Shown here piece by piece: positions 1-11,737 of a stretch of DNA of 64,000 nucleotides (position 1 is the first letter of the stretch; each line of letters begins with the position of its first letter). Made by a program: the position numbers and the translations under genes. The stretch is taken from assembly GCF_018350175.1 (NCBI RefSeq), contig NC_058368.1, positions 104,658,001-104,722,000 of the forward strand, read 5' to 3'. The notes beneath the pieces are model-generated. The model saw nothing but the letters and a program-made list of their open reading frames with translations, had not been told where the DNA came from and searched no databases. Source of the stretch: Felis catus. Lineage: Eukaryota.

Positions 1-124
1 AAGCAGGCTCTGCATTGTCAGCACCAAGGCCCACACAGGGCTCAAACTGAGGAACCAGGATATCATGACCTGAGCCAAAGTCAACAGTCGGGCCTTTAAC
101 CTCCTGAGCCACCCAGGCGCCCCC
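1..124 (-). mobile_element. Can-SINE (partial, cut by window edge)
   Basis: Reverse complement of SINE head ...CTGAGCCACCCAGGCGCCCC ending at 124. Confidence 0.9.
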
Positions 125-179
125 AAACATAACACCTTTAAATGAGAGACAAGATAATCCAGATGCTGTACAATATATC

Positions 180-2130
180 ATTTGTAACGTGCAGCATGCA
201 ATAAAAATTAATGCATATGCAAAGAAGCAGGAAAATGGAATTCGTAATCAAGATTAAAAAACAGACAACCACAAGAGATCCTGAAAACGGCTCGGATTTT
301 GGAGCTAGAACACAGTTTAAAAATGGTGATTGTAAGCATGTTCAAGGATTTAAAGACAAAAAATGGACATAATGAACAGGCTGGGAAATCTCAGAAATAC
401 AAGCTGTACAAAACTATCAATTAAAAATACTAGAAATAACAATTTCCCTCAGTGTCTTAAGAGGAGATTGGATACTGCAGAATAAAAAGTACGAGAACCT
501 GAAAATAGATCAATTAGAAAATATCAAAACTGAACAACAGAATAAATTTTATTTTCTATTTTCTAAAATGAACAGAGCCTCTGTATCTTGTAGAATGATC
601 TCACTTGTCTTATATGTAATTGAAGTCTCTGAAGACAAGGAAAAAAAAGAATGGGTCAGAACTATTTGAAGAAATGATAACCTTAAATATTCAAACTTGG
701 AAAAAAAATCAATCTACAGATGTAAGAAAGTCACAAAACCAAAAGCAATATATCTCTCAAAATAATCTTTAAGATTAGAGGTTAAAAAATATCTGGAAAG
801 GACTATACCTTAATATAATTTTACTTAATACAATTTAGCTCCTGTAGTCATGGAGCTAAAAGAAATGGCGAAGAAAGTTCATTGGGCTGAAGATAAAATT
901 TAGGATGTTACTAAGGAATGAACATAATTGGGAATGGTAAATATGTGGTAAATAAGAATTTTATTTTCCTACCTTTAAGTTTCCTTAACATACTCGATTG
1001 GTTCAAGCAAAAGTAAGAACAATGCATTGTGATATTTTTAGCATATGTAATGATAACACATGTCCATAGCATTAAGAATTGCAGGGGGTTAAGTGGAATT
1101 CTACCCTTAAAAGATTCGGATATTCTACATGAAATGTTATAATATTAATTACAAGTAGACTCAAGCTCAGGATATATACTCAAATTCCTAGAGCAATCAC
1201 TAATACACACACACACACACACACACACACACCAAAAAGCAAATAAAATGGAGTACTAAAAAATATTTTATTGGATCAAGAAGGCCAGAAAGAACAAAGA
1301 AACACACATGATATGGGACAAATAAAAAGCAAATTGCAAGATGATAGAATTCAACACAACCATATTAATACTTTTATTGACTGAGAATGCACTAAATATT
1401 CCAGTTAATAATAAATTTCATAATAAAAAAAGGTCAGTTCATTAAGAAGACACAACAGTTTGAAATGTGTATCCATCTAATTACTGTGTTTGACATAACT
1501 CCTGGCACATATAACTATTTTTAATGCAAGGATGACTCAACACAAGGAAATCCATTAATGTAATTCACTATATAAATAGATCAAAGGAGGTAAAACTCAT
1601 GACATTTCAATATGGGAGAAAATGCATTTGCTAAAATTCAATCATCACTCTTGATTAAAAACAAGTAAACAATAACTCTCAGCAAGCTTGCAATAGAAGG
1701 AAACTTTCTTAAGCTGATAAACCTTAGCATAAACCAAGAGCAAATATTTGATGTAAAACATTACAATCGTTCCTACTAATGTTCCTAAGATAAATTTGCT
1801 CCCAGCATTGTTGCTATTTAATCTTGTAATGGAGAGTCTAACTAATGCAGTAAGACAGAAAAAAGTAATATATATACATATATACATACGTATGTGTGTG
1901 TATATATATATATGTGTGTATATACTATGAAGGAAAGACACAGATAAAATTATTTGCAAACAAGAGATTGTCTTAGAAATCCAAGAAAAAAATTTACTAG
2001 AATCAGTACAATATTGAATATGAGGTTTAGGTAAATCAAAAGCAAAATCAGTGGTTTCTTATATATTATCAACAATACATTAAAAAAATGAAACAGAGAA
2101 AAAGGAACTTACTCTCACCAAAAGAAAAAC
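180..2130 (+). mobile_element. Old LINE-1 (L1M-type) ORF1-to-ORF2 remnants, heavily decayed
   Basis: A-rich strand with ORF1-like motifs (GAAAATAGATCAAT..., TATTTGAAGAAATGATA) and RT-region motifs (AATGCAAGGATG..TCAAC, AATGCATTTGCTAAAATTCAA); no open frame. Confidence 0.7.
1205..1232. repeat. (CA)n microsatellite
   Basis: Direct reading. Confidence 0.95.
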
Positions 2131-2147
2131 TATAAAGCTGTGGGGAA

Positions 2148-2343
2148 GGGGTGCGTGGGTGGCTCAGTTGGTTAAGCTTCTGGCCCTTGGTTTCAGCTCA
2201 GGTCATGATCTCACACTTGGTGAGTTTGAGCCCAGCATCTCAGTCTGTGCTGACAGTGCGCAACCTCCTTGGAATTCTCTCTCTCCCTCTCTCTTTGCCC
2301 CTCTCCTGCTTGCTCTCTCTCACTCTCTCTCAAATAAATAAAC
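2148..2343 (+). mobile_element. Can-SINE
   Basis: GGGTGGCTCAGTTGGTTAAG head, CT-rich tract, AATAAA tail. Confidence 0.9.
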
Positions 2344-2714
2344 CTACTTTTTTTTTTAAATGAAGGTGTAGGAAAAAAAATAAACAACCCAGTAAGACAC
2401 TATTTTTGAGATAGAAATCTTCCCAAGTTGACATAGAACTGTAGTGCAATCCTTATCATTATATATGAAACTTAAGCTGATTCTATAGGTCACATGATAG
2501 AAGAAAATAGCAAGTAATAGCCTGTAAATCTCTGAGAGGAAAAAAATTGTAGTAACTTCTCCTGCAGAAATTAAAACACATTTGAAAATAGAATTGTGGT
2601 AGTGTAGGATTGGTGCAGGTGTAGGCAGAGATAGTCACGAGGAAGACTGTATAGAATTTAGAAACATGAGTCTGTACACTGGGATTTGGCCTTGTTGGGA
2701 GCATTGAATCTCAA

Positions 2715-2902
2715 GCCAGGCTGAAGTCGCTGTGCATTCTTGGGCAAGTTACTTCAACTCTCTGTCTTAGTTGGCTTCTGTGTAAAATAGTGACCATTTA
2801 CCACCCATATACGAGGGTTGTTGGGAAGATTAAAGAACTTAATATACAAAGAGCCCTTAGAAGAGAGCTTGGAATATGGTCGGAACTATGTGTTAGCTGC
2901 TA
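2715..2902 (+). mobile_element. MIR SINE fragment
   Basis: MIR core CTTGGGCAAGTTACTT..CTCTCTG..TGTAAAAT..GAGGGTTGTTGGGAAGATTAAA. Confidence 0.75.
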
Positions 2903-3309
2903 TGAATCATAAAGATAATAAACAAATCAGTAGGAAGAATATAGATTACTTCTTAAATCAGGGCAAAGATTGGTGTGTTATCAATTTTGGAAGAAATACA
3001 CCTGGGGTGATGAGTTGTTCATTCTGAGAGAAATGTACACATACCTTGCGTAATACTCAAAAAACTCAACATTAAGGTATTAGATGAAGGTATAGAAAAA
3101 AAAATGTGGAATGAAGAAATGCTGTTTAAGCAAGATAGAAAACATGAGCGTCATAAAAAAATAATGACATTTAAATACATAAAAATTAAAAAGAATAACA
3201 ACATTAACGGACAACATACAGCCTGAGAATGTCTGCATGATATTAACAGAGGATTAATATCAATATGAATCAATAGGAAAAAAAATACTCCGATAGAAAA
3301 ATGAACACT

Positions 3310-3420
3310 GGGAATGCCTGGCTGGCTCAGTCGGTAGAGCACACAACTCTTGATCTTGGGGTTTTGAGTTCAAGCCCCACATGGGACAAAGAGTGTACTT
3401 AAAAAAAAAAAAAAGAAAGA
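3310..3420 (+). mobile_element. Short (older-type) Can-SINE
   Basis: tRNA-like head GGCTGGCTCAGTCGGTAGAGC..GAGTTCAAGCCCC, then A tail. Confidence 0.85.
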
Positions 3421-3431
3421 ACAGTGGGGTG

Positions 3432-3648
3432 GGAGGTGCCTGCCTGGGTGGTTCAGTTGGCTGGGCATTTGACTCTTGGTTTCGACTCAGGTCATGATCT
3501 CATGGGTTCGTGGGTTTGAGCCGCACATCAGGCTCTGTGCTGACAATGTGGACCTGCTTGGGAGTCTCTCCCTGTGTCTGCTCCTCCCCCACTTTCTTGC
3601 CCCCCCCTTCTCAAAATAAATAAATAAACTTTAAAAAATTAAAAAAAC
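3432..3648 (+). mobile_element. Can-SINE
   Basis: SINE head, body and AATAAATAAA tail. Confidence 0.85.
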
Positions 3649-3735
3649 AATGGATATGTAAAGTAACACAGGTATTCAATATGCTCTATAAAAGTGTTCA
3701 ACCTCATTGGTAGAGAAATATAAATTAAGGTGGTA

Positions 3736-3833
3736 CTGTGTCTCCCTCTCTCTCTGCCCCTCCCCCGTTCATGCTCTGTCTCTCTCTGTCCCAAAAATAA
3801 ATAAAAACGTTGAAAAAAAAAATAAAAAAAAAA
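3736..3833 (+). mobile_element. 5'-truncated young Can-SINE (3' half only)
   Basis: CTGTGTCTCCCTCTCTCTCTGCCCCTCCCCCGTTCATGCTCTG..CCCAAAAATAAATAAAAACGTTGAAAA with no head. Confidence 0.85.
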
Positions 3834-3984
3834 CTGTTAGAGAGCAAACACATGAAATATTTTAATTATTTTAATATGGCTAACATCCTGAAACCAAAGC
3901 CGACAAAGATAAGCCGTAACTCCAACAAAGCTACAGTTCATACTCAGAGGCACAGATGCAGACATTTAAAATAAAATACTAGGA

Positions 3985-4207
3985 GGGGCACCTTGGGTGG
4001 CTCAGTTGGTTAAGTGTCCAACTTCAGCTCAGGTCATGATCTCACGGTATGTGAGTTTGAACCCTGCATCAGGCTCTGTGCTGACAGCTCAGAGCCTGGA
4101 GTGTGCTTTGGATTCTGTATCCCTCTCTCTGCCCCTCCCCTCCTCACCCTCTCTCTCTCTCTCTCTCTCTCTCAGAAATAAAGAACCACTTAAAAATAAA
4201 ATAAAAT
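3985..4207 (+). mobile_element. Can-SINE
   Basis: Full head/body/tail; TSD-like AAAATAAAATACTAGGA / AAAATAAAATATGAGGA. Confidence 0.9.
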
Positions 4208-5674
4208 ATGAGGAAATCCAGTTAGTACACCACAATGAAGTAATTAATGTGTAGTCCATAAATGCAAGAGTGGTTTAACAGTATGACAAGTATTAATGCC
4301 TTTCATATGCTAAAAGAGACAAAGAAGCACTTGATTTTCTAGCACCCTGCCCATCACTGACTGAGTCATTCATTCGACAAATTTTTAGAGCCAGGCCTTA
4401 TTCTCAGTTCTGGGATAAAATCAGACACTGATCCTGTACCATTAGAAACATGCGTTGGAGGGAGGAAAACAAACTAAAAAAATGTTAATGCTGAGGTATG
4501 AGAGAGTACTTAGATAGGGAAAATAGTAGAGAATAAACAGATGATCAGATTTCTATCTGAAATCAGTAGAAAATAATATTCATGTTGGGGAAAACCAGAA
4601 GTATTTTTATTCCAGTCGAGAGCAATATATAACTACTCATTCCATCATTAAAGCTGTATTCAACAAGTTGTAACCAATGCAATAGCATCGGGGAAACAAA
4701 AGAGTCCTATGCATGGGATGGAAAATTGTCACATAACGATGATAATTACTGAAGACATCCAGTCACAAAAATGCTAGAAGCGTGCATGCAGTCCGGTGGC
4801 AAGTTACAAAATATAGGGAGTGCTTTTTAAAATATGTTAGCAACAGTTGTTTAGTGGGGAAAAAAATGTCATCATCACAGCAAAAGATAATGTAACATGC
4901 CTTGATACAAAGCACAGAAAACACCCAAGACCCATAACAAGAAAATGGTAAAACTCTGAGGATGAAAAAAGAAGTCCTAACCATCTTAGAAAGAAATTAG
5001 AATAATTTCTCAGAATTTATATAAAGATGTCATTTCTCCCTAAATCATTTATAAAGTCAATGGAATTTTAGTGGAAATAGTAATGTAATTTGAGGGGAGG
5101 GGAATTTAGAGAGTGTTCTTATTTAAAATTTGAATCTTTATTTTTGTCCAAGATACATATTGACTTTAAGTATGATGAGTTCTGCTAGCTTGTAACAGCA
5201 ATCCTCAGCTTTCCTCTTTCCAGCTTTTGATTCACACTTCCAGAGTGGATAGTACCCAACATTTTGAGCAGCTTTTACTGGTGTTTACATCTTTATTTTC
5301 CAGCAAGAGGATTTTTCTGCTAATTAAGTTTTGTTTTCCCTTCGCAGTTTTGGAGATTATCCCTTCACTTCTTACTGTGAAAGGGAATGCTGAATTCTCT
5401 GATCCACTTTTCAAACCTCAACCAGACTCCCTCCGCCATCCCCAACCTACACATCTCACAAATGTGTATCTATTTCACTTTCTCTTCACTCTGACAATAT
5501 TTTTGGTTCTCTCGGTGTTCGATGTTAAAATCAGTATGTCTATGTAGATATTATTAAACATAGCTGAGTCTCGCAGTATTCTATGCTTTGCCTTCACGTA
5601 TAATTAGCTTTTCTGGAAGTTAACAATTTTCTCCTTTTATTGTTGTTGTTAATGTCGTTGTTGTTGTTGTTGTT

Positions 5675-5766
5675 TTAAGAAAATTCTGTACTCAACGTGG
5701 GGCTTGAATTCAAAACCCTGAGATCAAGAGTTGTATGCTCTACCGACTGAGCCAGCCAGGCGCCCC
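5675..5766 (-). mobile_element. Short Can-SINE
   Basis: ..TACCGACTGAGCCAGCCAGGCGCCCC. Confidence 0.85.
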
Positions 5767-6887
5767 AGTAATTGTCGACTTTTAAATTTGCTTTGTTATT
5801 GAGACAATTGACAGAGCCAAGAGAGCGAGGGAGAGAAGTGTGAGAGAGAAGGAAAAAACAAAAGGAGAAAAGAACTTCTCAACTCAGTCGAACACTTGAG
5901 AAAAGCCTGAGACGTTGACTTTTGCTTCAAAGTGTATGTACTGGATGAGCCTTCTCCTTCCCGGTGGACTGGTTGCTGTCTAGACTCGCTGCTCAGCTTT
6001 GTCAGGATCTTCCCTTTATCTCGATCCCCGGAACATTCCTTTTCCTTTTGCTGATGTTGGAGCTCCCACATGCTGGCGACCATGTCTTCCTCTTTCATGG
6101 TTTATACCTTTGTTTGGGGGGGGGGGATGCTTCCTCTAGTAGATTGCAGGGAACTGTGCTGTGAAACTCACCTAGGGAGGAGATACCGCTGCCACTGTCC
6201 ACGAGGCACTAGAGAAAACTGCTGTTGGCTTTGCCATTCCAGATCAGACCAACCAGGGGCACCCTCTGGGCTCCCTGTGCTGCCATCCCTGTCCCTCAGT
6301 GATGCCCAGAAGCCCCTGTGGCCGTCCGCTCCTGCCTGTTAGTAGCTCTGCTATTGTCTTTTGAATTCATCTCTCAGACCCTTTTCCTCAATATACCTTT
6401 CCAAGCCACATTTCTAAATGTTAAGAAACATTAATCCTAAGAAAATCTCCTCCATTCCTTCTATGCAGGTTGGAATAATCCAGGCTACATCAGGTAGTGC
6501 CCCAGAAGGTTTGTGCTCATCGGTTAGGTAGGTAAAACCAGTCTGTTTTGACAAATCTGGTTTACAATTTTAAGTAAACATACATGGTTTTTTATAGCAA
6601 ACATTTCAGCAAGCATAGTTACCCGTAACACATGGTCTAATTGAAAGATCGTAAGCCAACGTTCGGCAGAAATATTAAAAATAAACCTTCAAATATTACC
6701 TGAAAGCTTTGTATTAACAGACTTAGGCAGAAACTCAACTTTTTTGGTGACAGAATACAGAATAACTATAGTTTTCATTTAAATTTCTTGGTAACAGGTA
6801 GGTACATAATTGCTAAATATTACTTACCAATTTTTAAAGTTCTAATAGCGAGAGCAAAAAGGAAAAAGACTTTTTAAAAATCTTTGA

Positions 6888-7095
6888 GGGGCGCCTGGGT
6901 GGCTCAGTCGGTTGAGCGTCCGACTTCGGCTCAGGTCACGATCTCACGGTTCGTGAGTTCGAGCCCCGCGTCAGGCTCTGGGCTGATGGCTCAGAGCCTG
7001 GAGCCTGCTTCCGATTCTGTGTCTCCCTCTCTCTCTGCCCCTCCCCCATTCATGTTCTGTCTCTGTCTCAAAAATAAATAAACATTAAAAAAAAA
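6888..7095 (+). mobile_element. Can-SINE (young, CpG-rich)
   Basis: Near-consensus sequence; TSD TAAAAATCTTTGA / TAAAATTCTTTGA. Confidence 0.95.
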
Positions 7096-7144
7096 TTTTA
7101 AAATTCTTTGAAAAAATAAGATCTGTTTCTGTTATTCCAGTAAC

Positions 7145-7352
7145 TTTTTATTTTTTAGTTTTTGAGTGGGAGAGAGAGACAGAGCATGAGCAGGGGAGGG
7201 GCAGATGGGGGGGGGGGAACACAGAGTCCCAAGCAGGTTCCAGGCTCTGAACTGTCAGCACAGAGCCCACCGTGAGACTCAAACCCACGAACCATGACAT
7301 CGTCACCTGAGCTGAAGTCAGACATTTAACTGACTGAGCCACCGAGGTTCCC
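7145..7352 (-). mobile_element. Can-SINE
   Basis: Reverse SINE; TSD TCCAGTAAC on both sides. Confidence 0.92.
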
Positions 7353-8809
7353 TCCAGTAACATTTTCTCTCAAAGGCTTAACTTAAGAATATCATTAACC
7401 TGGTGAAATATGAAGATGAAATTATTTTCTGCAAGTCCATGGGTTTAAATGTGTTTTTAGTAGAAGGTTAATAACAGGAACCAGAGACCATTGATCTGAT
7501 ATTTAACCTTATTTTCTACTTGTGTTTAGTATTCTTGCTTTGCACAGCAAATTTTCTTTTCTCTCCATTGAAAACTGGGAAAATCTTCTTAATCTCAGCA
7601 TAGGGACCAAAGGACATTTGTGTTAACATCAGTCATCTCTCCTTGGGGGTAATCTTTGACAATGTGAAGGAAATGACATTGGTTTTAAGGGATTGGAACA
7701 CAAATGAGGGAGAAGAAAGTTAAGAAATAGGGAAGGAAATGATAACAGCTCCTTACAAGCCTTGTGCTATTTAAATTCACAAAATGAATCAGAGAAGAGT
7801 TGTAAGTACGTTCCCGTTCCAACTTAGACAAACTTCGAGTTGAATATTATCCATCAGGAGTTATTAAAAATTTATTCTTTGCTTCAGATTTGGAGCAATA
7901 TGACTTTGAAAGACACGTAAGGAAAAAGGTGTAGGGTTGCAGGACAGCTTTTATGGCCATTTCTCTGAGTTTCTCTGACCTAATTATATATCAGTTTTTT
8001 GATTAAAAAGACTCTGGGGGGATGGCTGCTGGAGAGTGACTGAGGGTCACAGTTCCATAATAAGCCCTCTGATTAGGATTGCATCCAAGAGCCCGTTGCA
8101 AGAGAAATTTCATTTGCGGGAGGATCTGAGCTTGAATTCTGAACAACTGCAGATGAGAAGAGGCAGTGGAAAGAGGACTTGGAAAAGGCTGAGTGTGACC
8201 CTCCGGGATGGTGAGGTTGGTAAATACGGGATGGGGATGGGGATCAAGATGATCATGCTTCGTCTGCCACCCACTGGCCAAAGAATGAGTTCCGCATAAC
8301 TGGAATGCACACATTTAGGATTTTTCCCAACCCATCGCTTCTTTCACTTTTCTGTGATGCAACCGTCTCTATTTTGAGCTTCCGTTCTGTTTGGTGGTGG
8401 AAACTCAACCCAGCCAATTCCTTCTCCTTCTCCTGAGATTTGAGGGTATAGGGGGAGAGGCTCTACGTTGCACTGGGGTGTCAAGCGGGGAGGCTGTAAC
8501 CGCAGGTTATTATCTAGCCCGTCTGGCGTTTGCCGTGATGTAGAAATCCACCTGGATCCTCGCTGGCCTCACCCTGCTGCCATGACGTTCACGTTCCTAC
8601 AGCGTGCCCGGTTTTATACGCTTCATGCTGCTGTGTCTCCTTTCCTGGCTGCAAGCTCCACCAGCCCCCTCTCACCTAATGTCTCAGGTTGTGGAGATGA
8701 CTTTTGGATGACACCTCATGCCACCCTGAGACTGTGGGAAACTGGGGAGTTACCTCCGGCTCTGTCTGCATAGAGGCGCTGCCACTTTGAAGTGTCTCAG
8801 TGCGTAAAT

Positions 8810-9158
8810 TTCCAGCTGTAGTAGGAAACTTACCTCAAACTGCCTCCAGGTAAGTTATTAGCTCATACAAGACATTAAGAGGTGAAGCGAGCTTCAAGGT
8901 GTGTTGATCCAACAGTTGAAAAATGCAGTCACAGAACTGGGTTCTCTCTGTCTCTCCGCCTGCCCACTGCCTGTCATCTTTACTCCAAAGTGGATACATG
9001 TCTTGGTTGTATGCTAGCCTGCGGACATGATGGCTTTGTCTTTTGTATCTAGTTGGCTTCTCGAGCTTCTTTTTCAAAATGAAGTAGGACCTGCCCAGAA
9101 GCCTCTGGTAGAGCCCTCTTTATCTCTTGTTGGTATGGCTGGGTCACATGCTTATTTC
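8810..9158 (-). mobile_element. ERVL-MaLR (MLT1-like) LTR fragment
   Basis: Motifs TTATTAGCTCATA.., GCTTCAAGG..TTGATCCAACAG.., TTGG...GCTGGGTCACATGC resemble reverse MLT1J/K/L consensus as recalled. Confidence 0.5.
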
Positions 9159-9222
9159 CTTTTGTTGTTTTTACTTGAAGTTTCTCATTTGAATTCCAGT
9201 TAGTTAACATCCAGTGTTAAAA
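9159..9222 (-). mobile_element. Ultra-short L1 3'-end stub with 15-bp TSD
   Basis: Perfect direct repeat TCACATGCTTATTTC at 9144-9158 and 9223-9237; insert (AATTCCAGTTAGTTAACAT) matches the carnivore L1 3' termini at ~48715 and ~53390. Confidence 0.75.
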
Positions 9223-9245
9223 TCACATGCTTATTTCTGAATCAA

Positions 9246-9444
9246 TTTATTTTATTTTATTATTTTATTTTACTTTTAATGTTTATTTTTGAGAGAGAGA
9301 GAGCAAGGGAAGGGGCAGAGAGAGCGGGAGACACAGAATCTGAAGCAGGCTCTGGGTTCTGAGCTATCAGCACAGAGCCTGAAGTGGGGCTCGAACTCAC
9401 GAACCGTAAGTCAGACGCTTAGCTGACTGAGTCACCCAGGCGCC
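9246..9444 (-). mobile_element. Can-SINE with small internal deletion
   Basis: Reverse SINE, (TTTTA)n tail, TSD CTGAATCAA. Confidence 0.9.
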
Positions 9445-10004
9445 GCTGAATCAACTGGTTTCTGGTTGAACCCAGAAGCCAAGAGTGGAATCGCCGTCTC
9501 CTGAGGCACTTGTCTATGTGGAGCAGGGCTGAGTACCTGAAGAAAGTTTGGAATTTTTTAGGAAGAGAATGAGGAGAATGGATATTCTCTAGGCAATAAG
9601 ATCAATCAGGAGTTGGTTAGGAAAACAGACCCCTCTGGGAACTTCAAGCTGAGCAAGATTTCACATAGGAAAGGAAGCCACAAAATCACTGGAAAGGGTG
9701 GATGAGAGAAAAAGGAGGGGGTAAGGTAGTATGACTCAGTGTTCAGGAGATCCAGGAAGCTGTTCCTGGCCCTGTGGGAGACCACACCTTTCTAGCCCTG
9801 AATGCCTCTGAGCCCATGCCTGAGCCTCTTACGCCCCTGCAGACCCAGGGCAGTCCTTACCAGGGGCACACTGCTACCACAGCCAAAGTCAAGTGTGGCT
9901 CTTTCTTCCTTCTTCCCTTCACTCTTTTTTTTTGGAAAACAGATTTATTGAGATATAATTCACATGCCATGCGCTGGAACGATTTTAAGCATGCAAAGGG
10001 TACA

Positions 10005-10232
10005 CAGTGAAACCTTGGTTTGTGAGCATAATTCCTTCTGGAAACATGCTTGCAATCCAAAGCACTCCTACATCCAAGCGAACTTCAAGAACCGTTGGCT
10101 CAGTGGTGGGCACATGACATTCGGCATCATGTACTACTCGTATTGCAGATTGTCGCTCGTTTATCAAGTTAAAATTTATTAGATGTTTGCTCGTCTTGGG
10201 GAACGTTCGTGGAACAATTCAAGGCTTTACTG
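10005..10232. mobile_element. TcMar-Tigger-like MITE (non-autonomous DNA transposon)
   Basis: TIRs CAGTGAAACCTTGGTTTG and (reverse complement) CAGTAAAGCCTTGAATTG, 14/18 match; TA immediately right (10233-4), CA left; splits the L1 sequence. Confidence 0.75.
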
Positions 10233-10861
10233 TAATTCACTGGCTTTGGCATATTCACAGAAGTTGTATCCGTCGCCACAATCCGTGTCAGAACATTTTC
10301 ATTACCCCTAGAGAAACCCTTTCTCCTCAGACGTGACCCCACTTTCAATCCCCTTACTCATCCTGCCCCCCACCTCCCTACCCCCCACCCTAGACAGAAA
10401 TGAATCTCCTTTTTGTGTCTGTAGATTTGCCTACTTTGGACATTTCATAGAAATCGATTTTCGTAATATGCGGTCTTTTGTGATTGGATTCTTTCACTTA
10501 GCGTAACATTTTCAAGGTTCATTCACGTTGTAGCATGTGTCAGTATTCATTTGTTTTTATTGCTGAATACTCTTCCAGTGGTATGAATATACTACATCTT
10601 ATTTATCCATTCATCAGTTAACGGACCTTTGAGTTGTTTCCACCTTCTAGTTGTTAATTATGCTGCCATGAACATTCATGCACAAGTTTTTATATGGATG
10701 TATAGATGTTGGGCATAGACTTAGGAGTGAAATCATGAGGACTGCCATGAAGGACTGCTAAGCTGTTTTCCAAAGCAGATGAACCATTTCACATTCTTAC
10801 CAGCAGTGTATGAGGGTTCCAAAATTCCTCCACCTCCTCAACAACACTGTTGTTATCTGTC

Positions 10862-11088
10862 TTTTTATTTTTAAATTTTTTAATGTTTACTTATTTTTAA
10901 GAGAGCGAGAGAGCGCGTGAGGATGAATGGGGGAGGGGCAGCGAGAGAGGGAGACACAGAATCCGAAGCAGGCTCCAGGCTCTGAGCTGTCAGCACAGAG
11001 CCCAACACAGGGCTCGAACTCATGAACCCTGAGATCATGACTTGAGCTGAAGTCGGATGCTTAACCGACTGAGCCACCCAGACTCCCC
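10862..11088 (-). mobile_element. Can-SINE inside L1
   Basis: TSD ATCTGTCTTTTT at 10855 and 11089. Confidence 0.93.
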
Positions 11089-11410
11089 ATCTGTCTTTTT
11101 GATTATAGCTTTCCTACTGAATATGAAATGGTATCCTGTTATGCTTTTCACTTGCATTTCCCTGGTGGTAAATGATGAGTATCTTTTCTTGTACTTGTTG
11201 GCCATTTGTGTTTCTTTTTGGAGAAATATTCCTCAGAGCCTTTGTCCATTTTTAATTAGACTATTTGTCTTTTTATTACTGAGCTATAGCAGTTTTCAAT
11301 ATATTCTAGATACAAGTCCCTCATTAGGTATATGGCTATGAATATAGCCACTTACTTAGTTTATAACGGGAGGTTTGTTCCTTTTGACCCCCTGCAGCTG
11401 CTCCTTCTAA

Positions 11411-11606
11411 TTTTTTTTAATGTTTATTTACTTTTGAGAGAGAGAAGGAGAGTGAGTGAGTGTGAACAAGCTGGGGAGGGGCAGAGAGAGAGGAAGACAC
11501 AGAATCTGTCAGCACAGAACCTGATGTGGGGCTCAAACTCATGAACCATGACATCATGACCTGAGCTGAAGTTGGTTGCTTAACCGACTGAGCCACCTAG
11601 GCACCT
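11411..11606 (-). mobile_element. Can-SINE (internally deleted), part of ectopic duplicate
   Basis: Reverse SINE lacking ~25 bp between ACACAGAATC and TGTCAGCACAG; no matching TSD on the left. Confidence 0.9.
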
Positions 11607-11737
11607 CAGTTCTAGTTCTGTTGTTAGGGAAATATTTCTATAAATTAATGATGAAGTAGAAAATTGGCCAACCAAGAGTGGCCCTGAGTGAAAGCACCAT
11701 TTCCCGGTTGAATAGATCATATCAGGAATACTTTCTT
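11605..11737 (+). repeat. 133-bp dispersed duplicate, copy A (copy B at 61821-61953)
   Basis: Manual ungapped alignment, about 18 mismatches in 133 bp. Confidence 0.9.

Larger units (their letters stand above)
9925..11335 (-). mobile_element. LINE-1 3' end (L1MB-like), interrupted by a MITE and a SINE
   Basis: T tract then TTTATTGAGATATAATTCACATGCCAT.., TTTCAAGGTTCATTCACGTTGTAGCATG, ORF2 C-terminal region ACCAGCAGTGTATGAGGGTTCC. Confidence 0.85.

Noticed and set aside
3310..3400. tRNA-like sequences (A and B boxes) here and at 5.7, 18.3 and 26.3 kb
   Set aside because: These are SINE heads with A tails and TSDs, without an intact cloverleaf; not tRNA genes.
8765..8783. CTCF-like GCATAGAGGCGCTG
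   Set aside because: Core spacing is one base short of the consensus.
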